Positions 9,837-19,023 of a stretch of 64,000 bases of DNA are shown here, piece by piece. The stretch comes from Oceanispirochaeta sp. GTDB taxonomy: Bacteria > Spirochaetota > Spirochaetia > DSM-2461. The position numbers were made by a program, and so were the translations under genes. The notes beneath the pieces are model-generated. The model was not told the DNA's origin, made no database searches, and was given only the letters and a program-made list of their open reading frames with translations. The number at the start of each line of letters is the position of its first letter. Position 1 is the stretch's first letter. Location: NCBI GenBank assembly GCA_963663385.2, contig CAXXXD010000001.1, positions 521,497-585,496 on the forward strand, in the 5' to 3' direction.

Positions 9837-10949
9837 TTACCCAGTTTTTACGGCATTGAATGCAGCCGCCTGCATCTTCAAGTACTTATCATCCGGAACC
9901 ATCTTCAACGGATCAAAGGGTTCACGGGTTTTCAATATGGAGTACACTACCGTACTCATCTTTCTTGCAGAGGCGATAATACTCGTGCCGCTGCCCTTGT
10001 TCTTCTTCATCGCTCTGTACTTCGTCATGATACGGTAATTGCCAGTCGTTTTCCGAGTTCTAACCATTCCCATAACACACTGAACAAATGCCGTTCTCAG
10101 TTCTACAGCCCCTCTCTTTGTTATATGCCCATGATGAATCGTCTCATTGGAGTTCTGCACCCATGGTACAAGACCGGCATAAGCCGAATACTTCTTGGCA
10201 CTGGCGTACCGCTTGATATCATCCGTATAGGCCCTAATAGTCGATGCCGTTATCAATCCGACTCCCGGGATCGTCTGCAATAACTGTACATCCTCATCTT
10301 CCTTTACAAGTTCCAGCAGGACTTTCTCTAACTGCTTGACCTGGTTCGAAACCTGATCTATCGTAGAAAGCAGCGGTTCTATCGCTTTGGCAGCGCTTCC
10401 GAAACTCCTATGGTCCACGAGACCGATGAGGATGCGCTGCCTTTCTTTTTTACTCTGCAGCGCAGCTCTTTTTGTTTCAATTCCATACCCTAGAAGCAGT
10501 CCGTGAACCTGATTCTTCAAAGATACGACTGATTTAACAAGGATAGTTCTGGATTTAAGAACTCTACGGATATCCTCACTCTCCTGAGAACAAAGCTGTG
10601 ATTCGGGAAGCATATCTTTTTCCAAGAACTCTGCTAGAGTTCTGGCATCATGCTTATCCGTCTTTTTCACTGATTCATTTACAACTTTGAATTTCAGTGT
10701 ATTCACAACCACCACCTCAATCCCTGCTAGCAATAGCTTGTTACGGAAGAACCGGGCATTTCCTGTTGATTCCACTGCAGCCCTAACATCAAGGCCCTCT
10801 TCTGTATAGGACACTGCTTTCTCAAGAAATGCTCTGTAACCGTCCTCAGAGGTCGGATACATTCCTGATTCACAAATGCTTCTATCATCACTCAGGAAAC
10901 AGACTGTTAACTGGGATTTGTGCAGATCCACTCCGATACTCATCTTCAT
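9837..10949 (-). CDS. IS110-family transposase/recombinase (370 aa)
   Basis: RuvC-like DEDD motifs IGVDLHK, AVESTG and KTDKHDA; C-terminal Tnp domain TIPGVG and SAYAGLVP..QNS..HHGHITKRG. Start placed at ATG 10949 behind an ATAGGAG RBS. Confidence 0.95.
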   Translation of the reverse strand: MKMSIGVDLHKSQLTVCFLSDDRSICESGMYPTSEDGYRAFLEKAVSYTEEGLDVRAAVESTGNARFFRNKLLLAGIEVVVVNTLKFKVVNESVKKTDKHDARTLAEFLEKDMLPESQLCSQESEDIRRVLKSRTILVKSVVSLKNQVHGLLLGYGIETKRAALQSKKERQRILIGLVDHRSFGSAAKAIEPLLSTIDQVSNQVKQLEKVLLELVKEDEDVQLLQTIPGVGLITASTIRAYTDDIKRYASAKKYSAYAGLVPWVQNSNETIHHGHITKRGAVELRTAFVQCVMGMVRTRKTTGNYRIMTKYRAMKKNKGSGTSIIASARKMSTVVYSILKTREPFDPLKMVPDDKYLKMQAAAFNAVKTG

Positions 10950-10964
10950 ACCTTCGCTCCTATT

Positions 10965-11149
10965 GCCTAAAACAGCGCCTGTACGGTGAATTGATTCCAT
11001 TCTCCTATCCGGTCTCGAAGACCATTGAATGTTTCGGTCACGGCTCTTCATTCTCCTGTACGGTCTCGGAGACCAGTAAAAATGGCGAACAGTAACCTGG
11101 CTGTTCTAAACGATGTTTAGAACATTGTATCAATCCACAAGCCTATGAA
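10965..11149 (-). ncRNA. Candidate bridge/seek RNA in the IS110 leader
   Basis: Perfect 10-bp hairpin TGTTCTAAAC-3 nt-GTTTAGAACA (11102-11124). Two 27-bp modules, 24/27 identical (10998-11024 and 11049-11075), carry ATAGGAG and ACAGGAG on the minus strand, matching the donor end and the target flank. Boundaries approximate. Confidence 0.65.
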
Positions 11150-11203
11150 GACTTTTTATCATTCCTCCTGTTAATGCCGAATAATTCTGGTAGGGGGCAT
11201 TTC

Positions 11204-11659
11204 CTATTCATTGGAATTGTCCTGCTTCAATAGCTGATCAATTATCAGCAGCAATCTGCTTACCAGCTGGGGAGATCCGTGAAATATAATTTTCCCCTTC
11301 AGCTCTTCTTCAAAATACATAAAATCAAATCTGCCTTGACCGTCTTCCGGGAGTTTAGAGTTCATTACTGCATTTATAGTATTGGAAATTCTCATAGCCT
11401 GATCCTTTCCTCCAATAAAACAATCAATAACCGCTGTTGTAAGAGGGGACTCCCTGATTTCAGAACTCTCCGGTGTATATTGTGGTGATTCCCTGATCTC
11501 TTCACCTGTATACACGCTTAAATCGTGTCCGCTTATCCTGTAACTTCTACCGACTTTTGTTGCCGTTAATTTGCCCTCCCGTATAAAACGCTGGACTGTT
11601 TTTTCATGAAGTTGCAGCAGTTCTGCTGCCTGTGCAACTGTATACCAGACTTCTTTCAT
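11204..11659 (-). CDS. Excisionase-like HTH (HTH_17) DNA-binding domain protein
   Basis: WYTVAQAAELLQLHEKTVQRFIREGKLTATKVGRSYRIS; TTGACA-17-TAATGT promoter-like signal upstream. Confidence 0.85.
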   Translation of the reverse strand: MKEVWYTVAQAAELLQLHEKTVQRFIREGKLTATKVGRSYRISGHDLSVYTGEEIRESPQYTPESSEIRESPLTTAVIDCFIGGKDQAMRISNTINAVMNSKLPEDGQGRFDFMYFEEELKGKIIFHGSPQLVSRLLLIIDQLLKQDNSNE

Positions 11660-11859
11660 TCCTTAAAACTCCTTAATGAGTTGCGATAAGTAACATTAGG
11701 ATGCATTAGCCTTCTTGTCAAGAAGTTTTGGGGAATCTTTTGGGGGAAATGAAAAATAATACCTGTTGTTTGTATCAAATCATTTGATCGGGTTTATTGA
11801 TCATCTGAGGGGTTAGGCAAACAACGGATCTGAGGTATTTCTTATGTGAGGAATTCGGA

Positions 11860-12525
11860 CTATCGTATCAGATGCCGGGTATATCCGGCATCAATAAGCA
11901 GCTTATAGGCATTAAATACCCTGTCCGGAACATCCTGGACGGTCTGAAAACCAAGGGACGGGTATTCAATTATCCTCTGTAAATCTCCTGTCATTAAATG
12001 GATCAGTTCATCCCGGCTTATTTCATCATTCGGATACTCATCGAAGCTCAGGGGAGGGGATGTAACAATCAGCTCCTTCTCCGGCCAGTGTATTTTAATG
12101 GTGGCATAGGCCCGACGTTCCATATAGGGTTTCTGAACGGCCAGTATTCTGTGATGGGGAATTCCCCTCTCTTTCAGGATCTTTTCGGAAAGCAGAACAT
12201 TCTCTCCTGTATTCTGAGCGTGGCATTCAAGGATCATCTTCTTCCGGGGAACTCCTGCGGCTGCGGCCCTGTCCGCAAACATCTCCGCTTCACTTTTCCT
12301 CCAGCCTGTCTCCAGTAAATCTCCGTGATGGGCCTCTCCCCCGGAAAACAGTATCCGGGGAGCCAGCCCGTTCAGGAACAGGGAGGCCCCATAATCCGCG
12401 ACTCTCAGGTCATGGCTGCACAGTACAAAAATCAGGTCGGCATTTTCTATCGTATGATTTATATGGTGGTAATCCCAGAGAGTCCAGGCGGCTGCTTCAA
12501 TTTTCATATCTTGTCTTTCTTTCAT
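11860..12525 (-). CDS. YdcF / DUF218 family protein
   Basis: LIFVLCSHD, ILFSGG, SEAEMFA, E..AQNTGENV and VQKPYMERRAYAT. Confidence 0.85.
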   Translation of the reverse strand: MKERQDMKIEAAAWTLWDYHHINHTIENADLIFVLCSHDLRVADYGASLFLNGLAPRILFSGGEAHHGDLLETGWRKSEAEMFADRAAAAGVPRKKMILECHAQNTGENVLLSEKILKERGIPHHRILAVQKPYMERRAYATIKIHWPEKELIVTSPPLSFDEYPNDEISRDELIHLMTGDLQRIIEYPSLGFQTVQDVPDRVFNAYKLLIDAGYTRHLIR

Positions 12526-12767
12526 AGGTAAATCTTATTGTAAAATCGTTTTTTTTGCATCATTTCGGTTTGACTATCCATTGGATTTGTCATCAGGCCT
12601 TATATATTCTGAAGAAGATAGGAATCATTCCAATGGTGTTTTTTCTAATCTTGTCTGCCGGCGGCAGGATGCCAGGTTCAGGGAATCCATATTGTGGTAT
12701 CTTTCAATAATTTTCGATACATCTGTCTGTTGTTCTTCTCAGGTCGGAATAAATGTTTTAAGCGGAA

Positions 12768-13090
12768 TCAGTTTTGCATTTTACCGGTTAATATCGACAG
12801 TCGGTCCAGAAGGCTGTTCCAATAATGTTTATGCAGATCACAGGCTGAAGAAGGATAAAGTAGCGCAAGCCTTTGACGGCTGTGGGGATAGTTGGCGTGG
12901 ATGAATGGATAAACATGGAGATAAAGAAAACAGGGAAGCTCTGCAGGACAATAAATACGATCATAGCAAAGCTTATGGATACCCTCGTTTCCATCACCAG
13001 GGAGTACTATTCTCATGTAGTTTTCGGTCAGACCCAGTACCTCGCTGTTGGCTCCAAAAAGGGTAAGAATACTAACTATAAGCAAGCAGG
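12768..13090 (-). pseudogene. Degraded MATE efflux transporter remnant
   Basis: Fragments ILTLFGANSEVLGLTENYMRIV and GLRYFILLQPVICINIIG in different frames resemble non-adjacent parts of MATE proteins; no full-length ORF. Confidence 0.5.
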
Positions 13091-13304
13091 ATAGTGATAA
13101 ATCTTACCAATATCAAGAGATTTGAAATCTAACTAATAATAACATCAGATTTATCCAATTGAACATTGTATTTCAGTTGAAAATGACTTGAGGAAGTATA
13201 TATGACTGTTTTAATAATAAACAAATATTCCATATTATTCCTGGTTTTTTTATATACGGAGAGTTTTTTCCCCGGTAATCTGCCTACAGAAAGAAGTTAC
13301 AATT

Positions 13305-13475
13305 TTATCCTTTCAATAGGATCCGTATGGATATTTTAATAAGTGATGTAAGGGAAACAGGTTGGAATCCTGTACAGCAGCCACTGCCGTAATTGCTTAC
13401 GATGATACGTTATAACATTGGGAAACCGAGAAGTCGTGTCGGAGAAAAAAGCATAAGTCGGAAGACCTATCACGT
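13305..13475 (+). ncRNA. Cobalamin riboswitch
   Basis: AAGGGAA-CAGG..GAATCCTG-ACAG..CC.CTGCCGTAA core, CATTGGGAAACCGAGAAG (B12 box-like) and AAGTCGGAAGACCT 3' motif; lies upstream of an ABC transporter and cbiK. Confidence 0.88.
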
Positions 13476-13524
13476 TTTGGTAATTTTTCGGGCAGTGGAA
13501 AATTTATTACCAAATCAAAAGAGT

Positions 13525-13549
13525 AATGCCCGAGAGGGCATTTTTTTTT
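13525..13549 (+). terminator. Intrinsic terminator (riboswitch attenuator)
   Basis: AATGCCC-GAGA-GGGCATT followed by a T run. TCGGGCA (13488-13494) is complementary to TGCCCGA (13527-13533) and is a candidate antiterminator. Confidence 0.8.
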
Positions 13550-13616
13550 AGTGCATATCATCAATATGGCTTAATTCCGCCATATCGGTTGAAAAATGTT
13601 TTATAAGGAGTTTTAA

Positions 13617-15128
13617 ATGAGAAAACTGACATTAATTCTATTATGTCTGTTTGTTTCAGGCGGTATGCTTATTGCCGGAGGACAGAAAGATGTCCCCGTA
13701 GCGGATACGGAGATAATTGCAGGGACTTATGAGGGCCTCAGCCATGGTTTTCACGGAGACCTTCCCGTAAGTGTTGACGTTGACAGTACGGGAAAAATTG
13801 TATCTGTTTCGGTTGGAAAAAACAGCGAAACAAAAAACATTGGAACTTTGGCCATAGACAGGATCCCCGGGCAAATTGTTGAAAATCAGTCCTTTGATGT
13901 TGACTCCATCTCCGGGGCGACAGTAACAACCAAAGCCATTCTTGCGGCAACGGCGCAGGCTGTTGAGCAGGCCGGGATGAATCCAGCAGATCTGGGGTAT
14001 GTGGCCCCTAAAGCACCTGCATTTGAAATGGTCAGATTTGATGCCGCTGCACTCCCTGTAAAGTCAGAAAAAACCGGGACGGTTACTGTTACCGATGCCA
14101 GAGGGCGGGAAGTTACCATCGAAACCCCCATTTCCTCCTATGGAATAAGTACTATGGATGTCATCGACTTTATTATCCCTTTTATGGGAGAAGAGGCATT
14201 TAAAATGCTTGTAGCTGCCGGTCAGGACGGAGGGGGTGGTATTCAGCGCTATGCCCGTCTGTATTCACCCATAGTAGGAAATTACAACGAACATGTGGGA
14301 CAGATCTCCGAGCATAACGCCCCCTTTGATCTCGAGATGATACTGGCAACCGATCCGGATGTAATATTTATCAATGCCGCCATGGGCGCCCACGGGCATG
14401 CCATGGATATTGAAGATCAGCTGGATGCGGCCGGAATCCCTTTTGTCTGTATCAGTATTCCCGGTAAGGATGTCAGCACAGCCTCTCAAAAGGCAATCGG
14501 TCTGATTGCAAAGGTTTTTCAGAAAGAAGAGGAAGCACAGGACGTTATCGGTTTTATTGATGATCAGTTTGCCGTCATCAATGAGAAAGATCTCCAGAAC
14601 CGGGACGATAAACCTCTGGTTTACTATGAAAAGGGGGGGCATGAAGAGATTTTCGGCAGAACAAGTACCAGCGCTCCCGGCGGGTGGGGGCATCTTGTGA
14701 CCTATTCCGGAGGGTTCAATATTGCCGATCCCCTGCTGTTTGATACCATAGCCTGTAAAGCAACGGGAAATACACTTGATCCTGAATATGTTCTTGAAAC
14801 CAATCCGGATTATGTTGTGATGTCCGCGGCAGGAGATGCCTGGATGACAAACTTTTCTGATGACCCCACTCCTGATATCAGTTTCGACATTGTTAAACGT
14901 ATCGGATGGAATGAGCTTAAGGCGGTACAGAATGATCAGGTGTATGACCTGTCTCATGCCATGTGGCGTTCTGTTTACAGTTTCAATGCCTGTCAGTTTA
15001 TGGCCAAAAAATTCTATCCGGATCTGTTTACGGATCTTGATCCCGACGCTGTCATGGATGAGTTCTTTGAACGGTTTATGCTTACCGACAGCAGTATTAC
15101 GCGATGGACTTTCAGTATTGACGAATGA
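13617..15128 (+). CDS. Secreted FMN-binding domain fused to a cobalamin/Fe-complex ABC substrate-binding domain
   Basis: Signal peptide ending AGGQKD; FMN_bind domain GTYEG..GFHGDLPVSV...DVDSISGATVTT; then VTDARGREV..., DLEMILATDPDVI and LKAVQNDQVY (BtuF/FecB fold). Confidence 0.85.
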   Translation: MRKLTLILLCLFVSGGMLIAGGQKDVPVADTEIIAGTYEGLSHGFHGDLPVSVDVDSTGKIVSVSVGKNSETKNIGTLAIDRIPGQIVENQSFDVDSISGATVTTKAILAATAQAVEQAGMNPADLGYVAPKAPAFEMVRFDAAALPVKSEKTGTVTVTDARGREVTIETPISSYGISTMDVIDFIIPFMGEEAFKMLVAAGQDGGGGIQRYARLYSPIVGNYNEHVGQISEHNAPFDLEMILATDPDVIFINAAMGAHGHAMDIEDQLDAAGIPFVCISIPGKDVSTASQKAIGLIAKVFQKEEEAQDVIGFIDDQFAVINEKDLQNRDDKPLVYYEKGGHEEIFGRTSTSAPGGWGHLVTYSGGFNIADPLLFDTIACKATGNTLDPEYVLETNPDYVVMSAAGDAWMTNFSDDPTPDISFDIVKRIGWNELKAVQNDQVYDLSHAMWRSVYSFNACQFMAKKFYPDLFTDLDPDAVMDEFFERFMLTDSSITRWTFSIDE

Positions 15129-16159
15129 ATGAAAATCGACTGATTTATAGTAAAATGATCAGCAGAAGGATCACTATGATAGTGGTCCTTCTTGTTGCAG
15201 TCTTCCTGCTTTTTCTGGTGAATATTTCCATAGGTTCATCCCGAATCCCGATGATGGAAATTTTACAGATTCTGTTTACCGGAGAAGGATCAGGTCATAA
15301 AGATATGATTGTTATTAATGTACGGCTTCCCATGGCGTTGATGACCATTGCCGTGGGGATCTGTCTGGGAATCGGAGGGTGTGAAATACAGACCATACTG
15401 CGCAATCCTATAGCCAGTCCCTATACACTGGGTATTACCAATGCTGCAACATTTGGAGCAGCCCTCGGACTGATAAACAATACAACGCTGCCCTGGATTC
15501 CGGAAAAACTGATGGTAACCGGGAATGCCTTCCTTTGTGCCGTTTTCGCCTCTGTCTGCATTTTTGCATTTTCCAGAAAGCGGGGAGCCAACAAGAATGC
15601 CATTATCCTTTTTGGAATGGCCATGAATTTTATGTTCAGCGCCCTGACAATGATTATGCAGTATATTGCGGATGATGAAGACCTGAAGAGTCTTGTCTTC
15701 TGGAGTATGGGAAGTATGCTGAAATCAACATGGGGTAAATTCTGGGTTGTTTTTGCTGTTCTTATTTTCAGTATCATTATTCTTGTTAAAAACAGCTGGA
15801 AGCTGACCGCCATGACCCTTGATGATACAAAGGCAAAGAGTCTTGGCGTAGATACGAATGTTCTGCGGCGAATGGTAATACTGATCTGCTCCCTGATTAC
15901 AGCTGTTGCGGTTAGCTTTGTGGGAACTATAGGGTTTGTGGGAATCATAGCGCCCCATATAGCCAGGCAGCTTGCGGGAGAAGATCAGCGTTTTTTCATG
16001 CCCCTGGCGGCACTTATCGGTGCACTTGTTCTGTCTGTGTCTTTCGCTGTGAGTAAAGTGATTATTCGGGGAGTTATCTTTCCGATCGGACTTGTAACGG
16101 CGGTAATAGGTATTCCTGTCTTTATGTTTATAGTGTTTAAAAAGGCAAGGTCATTCTGA
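15125..16159 (+). CDS. FecCD/BtuC-type ABC permease
   Basis: VRLPM, QTILRNPIASPYTLGI, AKSLGV and VGTIGFVGIIAPHIAR. Confidence 0.92.
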   Translation: MNENRLIYSKMISRRITMIVVLLVAVFLLFLVNISIGSSRIPMMEILQILFTGEGSGHKDMIVINVRLPMALMTIAVGICLGIGGCEIQTILRNPIASPYTLGITNAATFGAALGLINNTTLPWIPEKLMVTGNAFLCAVFASVCIFAFSRKRGANKNAIILFGMAMNFMFSALTMIMQYIADDEDLKSLVFWSMGSMLKSTWGKFWVVFAVLIFSIIILVKNSWKLTAMTLDDTKAKSLGVDTNVLRRMVILICSLITAVAVSFVGTIGFVGIIAPHIARQLAGEDQRFFMPLAALIGALVLSVSFAVSKVIIRGVIFPIGLVTAVIGIPVFMFIVFKKARSF

Positions 16160-17007
16160 TGATTAAGGTCGAAAAGCTTACATTTTCCTATACAGGTATA
16201 AAGAGTTCCCAGCCCGTATTCAATAATCTCAGTTTCAGTTTCAAAAGCGGGTTTAATACCATTCTCGGACCAAACGGAGCGGGGAAATCCACCCTTCTGA
16301 TGTCTCTGTTCGGCTTGTTGAATTACGAAGGAGAGATCTTTTACGGCAAGCGGAATCTTTCGGAAATGGGATCGGAAGAGAGGATCAGACAGATGTCCTA
16401 TCTTCCGCAGATGGATATCGATACGTCCATGCTTTCGGTTCTGGAGATGGTTCTTCTGGGTCGTCTGCCCGAGCTGAAAAGAAAAATCTCAGACAGAGAT
16501 CTGGATATTGTTATGCGTATTATGAGACAGCTGAATATAGACTCTCTTGCTCAAAGAACATTCAGTGAGCTCAGCGGGGGACAGCAGAAGCTGGTCTTTA
16601 TTGCCCAGACTCTTGTACGGGAACCAGGACTGATTCTTCTGGACGAGCCGATTAATTCACTTGACCTGCAAAAGCAGCTGGAACTCTGCCACCTGTTAAA
16701 ACAGATTGTAAGAAATGATTCTGTGGATATTATAACTGTATTGCATGATATTAATCTTGCTTCCAGATACTCGGATCACATTGTTATAATTGACAGAAAC
16801 GGAGAGTATTACAACAGCGGGACTCCCGGAGAAACAATAACGGAAACAATGCTGCGGGATGTTTACGGGGTCATTGCATCGGTAAATTATGATGAGCATC
16901 AGATCCCGATTGTGTCGCCCCTCCGGTCTGTCCGTATTGATGAGGAGGAAGTCCGGAAAAAAGAGATGGCCCGTGTTCCCGTGTTATTTTCAGGCCGTTC
17001 AATTTAA
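16159..17007 (+). CDS. ABC transporter ATP-binding protein (FepC/BtuD-like)
   Basis: GPNGAGKST, LSGGQQ, LLDEP and VLHDINLA. Confidence 0.93.
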   Translation: MIKVEKLTFSYTGIKSSQPVFNNLSFSFKSGFNTILGPNGAGKSTLLMSLFGLLNYEGEIFYGKRNLSEMGSEERIRQMSYLPQMDIDTSMLSVLEMVLLGRLPELKRKISDRDLDIVMRIMRQLNIDSLAQRTFSELSGGQQKLVFIAQTLVREPGLILLDEPINSLDLQKQLELCHLLKQIVRNDSVDIITVLHDINLASRYSDHIVIIDRNGEYYNSGTPGETITETMLRDVYGVIASVNYDEHQIPIVSPLRSVRIDEEEVRKKEMARVPVLFSGRSI

Positions 17008-17042
17008 CAGATAAATCAGAAAATATTCAGGAGATAAATAAC

Positions 17043-17822
17043 ATGATTAAGAAAGGAATACTGCTGGCCGCTTTCGGAACTACCTACAATGCGACGGAAG
17101 AGAAGTGTATTACCCCTATGATAAGACTTACGGAAAAAATGTTTCCGGACTATAAGGTTTCAATTGCCTACACCTCGACCATTGTTATTAAAAAACTGGT
17201 CCAAAGGAACCGGAATATCTCCCTTCCTCTGGAGGAAGCGGAGAAAATGCTGGCTGCCGGTATTAAAGAACTTATTGTCCAGCCTCTGCATTTTATGAAA
17301 GGCCATGAGTTTGATAAAAAGATTGTAGAACCACTTGAATCAGTCAGAACCCGATTTGAGAAATTTTCCATTGGGAATCCCCTGCTTTCGGAAGAGCAGG
17401 ATTTTTTGGAGACAGCAGAAGTCATCAGGAAACTTTCCCTGTCTGTGAACAATGAAAAGATACTTCTTATGGGGCATGGAACGGATCACCCGGAAGACCG
17501 GGTATACGGTTTGATGCAGGAGTCTCTGTACCGGAAAAAGGTTAATGCGGAAATTGCCACGGTGGAGGGGGGAATCACCTTTGAAGATGCTCTTGAACGA
17601 ATAAAAAAAACCGGAACAGAAAAGGTGCACCTTTTTCCCTTTATGCTGGTTGCTGGTGATCATGCCAGTAATGATATGGCGGGAGATGACGATGACAGCT
17701 GGAGGAACAGACTTCTTCAGGAAGGTATTCAAGGGGTTCCCCATCTTCAGGGTCTGGGTGAGTCCGAACAAATCCGTGAGATGTTTATCTGCCATATCAA
17801 GGCTTGTATGAAACAGCAGTAG
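17043..17822 (+). CDS. cbiK: Sirohydrochlorin cobaltochelatase CbiK
   Basis: GILLAAFGT, AYTS, VQPLH..GHEF, LMGHGT.H, ATVEG and PFMLVAGDHA.NDMAGD...SW. Confidence 0.92.
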   Translation: MIKKGILLAAFGTTYNATEEKCITPMIRLTEKMFPDYKVSIAYTSTIVIKKLVQRNRNISLPLEEAEKMLAAGIKELIVQPLHFMKGHEFDKKIVEPLESVRTRFEKFSIGNPLLSEEQDFLETAEVIRKLSLSVNNEKILLMGHGTDHPEDRVYGLMQESLYRKKVNAEIATVEGGITFEDALERIKKTGTEKVHLFPFMLVAGDHASNDMAGDDDDSWRNRLLQEGIQGVPHLQGLGESEQIREMFICHIKACMKQQ

Positions 17823-17833
17823 GGAGATGTAAT

Positions 17834-18247
17834 ATGGAAATAGTGTTCAAACCAATTGGCTTTATCCGGTCCCCTTATAAAGACAGGGCGGAAATCCCCA
17901 AACAGGGCGCACATACCGAAACGGAGGGAGAAGTGATTCTGCAGGATGAGCTTATCCGGGGATTGAAGGATCTCGACTCTTTTGAACATATTGTCATTCT
18001 CTTTAATTTTCATGGATCAGAAGGGTATGAACTGCTTCAGCACCGCAGGGGGGACAGAACAACAGAACCGGTAGGAGTCTTTGCGACCCGTTCTCCCTTC
18101 AGGCCTAATGGCATCGGAATGTCCATTGTTAAAGTTGTGGATATTGCTGAAAACAGAATCCGCTTTAAAGGTGTGGATATGCTGGATGGCACCCCTGTTC
18201 TGGATATCAAGCCGTATATAGAGGGGCTTAATCCGGGCAATGAATAG
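17834..18247 (+). CDS. TsaA/TrmO (YaeB/AF0241-like) SAM-binding protein, short form
   Basis: FKPIGFIRSPY, GVFATRSP.RPNGIG and GVDMLDGTPVLDIKPY; start at ATG 17834 after GGGAG. Confidence 0.88.
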   Translation: MEIVFKPIGFIRSPYKDRAEIPKQGAHTETEGEVILQDELIRGLKDLDSFEHIVILFNFHGSEGYELLQHRRGDRTTEPVGVFATRSPFRPNGIGMSIVKVVDIAENRIRFKGVDMLDGTPVLDIKPYIEGLNPGNE

Positions 18248-18481
18248 GGCGGGACTTGTTATAGCTGCCGTGTTATAATACAGCTGTGATTCTGCAACCC
18301 CCGGGGTGTAACGTAACCCGGATTATTATCCTTATTCCTTTTCTCCTGATTCTGAGTCTCCAACTGACTGCCCAGAGCGGCACAGATCATTCAGTATGGG
18401 TCTTAGTATTTCCCCCTATTACGATCAGTGATGTGTATCTGAAAAAAATGGGAACCTTGAAGGGTGAGAGGATTCCAGATC

Positions 18482-18949
18482 TTAACTGACAAATTCGGCC
18501 CCAAAGGCCTTAAAGCGATCTTCATCGGCCCGGGACAGGGACTTTCCCTTCGTTACGCTTGCAGGTGTTCCTGCCCTGCCTATAGGGCCATCCTTGTAAT
18601 TATCGCATCCTTTGCTGCTCAAAAGTCTTCTGATATGATCCAGGGTGTTTTTTCCACCCGCAAAAGCATGAACGGCAAATCCTCCACATTTCTTATGCTT
18701 GAGACATTCTTCGGGCAGTTCCTGAAGCACATTGACAATAGGCTTGGCCGCTGCGTCCTTGGCAATGACACCGGCCCAGCAGGGACTTCCAACAATAAAA
18801 GCATCGCAGTCTTCAATCATAGAGTCTTTGAAATCTTCTGTGGTAACGACTGTAACTTCCGCTCCTGAGGATTTCAGTCCTTCGGCCATGGAAGTCACTG
18901 CTTCGAGGGTATGTCCTGTTTTTGAATAATAGAGTACGAGTACTTTCAT
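18482..18949 (-). CDS. Flavodoxin-like protein
   Basis: VLVLYYSKTGHT FMN loop and FIVGSPCW. Confidence 0.85.
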   Translation of the reverse strand: MKVLVLYYSKTGHTLEAVTSMAEGLKSSGAEVTVVTTEDFKDSMIEDCDAFIVGSPCWAGVIAKDAAAKPIVNVLQELPEECLKHKKCGGFAVHAFAGGKNTLDHIRRLLSSKGCDNYKDGPIGRAGTPASVTKGKSLSRADEDRFKAFGAEFVS

Positions 18950-19023
18950 AATTTTATTCCTTTTCTGTATATAATTGTGTATGATTTAATAGAAACATAG
19001 TAAGTTATAAGTGTTTTGAATTT

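Larger units (their letters stand above)
9784..11169 (-). mobile_element. IS110-family (IS1111-like) insertion sequence
   Basis: Sub-terminal inverted repeat ATAAAAAGTC (9789-9798) / GACTTTTTAT (11150-11159). Minus-strand core AGGAG on both flanks (9784-9788 and 11165-11169). Contains an IS110 recombinase gene and a ~200-bp upstream non-coding region. Confidence 0.9.

Noticed and set aside
10950..11051. 34-aa N-terminal extension of the IS110 transposase in the ORF track
   Set aside because: The RuvC motif begins right after ATG 10949, which has its own RBS. The extension overlaps the structured leader.
10978..11075. CRISPR-like mini array
   Set aside because: Only two full 27-bp units with a 24-bp gap, no cas genes, and located inside an IS; better explained as guide-RNA modules.
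11204..11659. Excisionase-like HTH as evidence of a prophage or ICE
   Set aside because: No integrase or phage genes nearby; it appears to be the regulator of a two-gene operon with the hydrolase.
18286..18489. Small ORF with a signal-peptide-like hydrophobic stretch
   Set aside because: No clear RBS and no recognisable family; may be a remnant, but cannot be supported.
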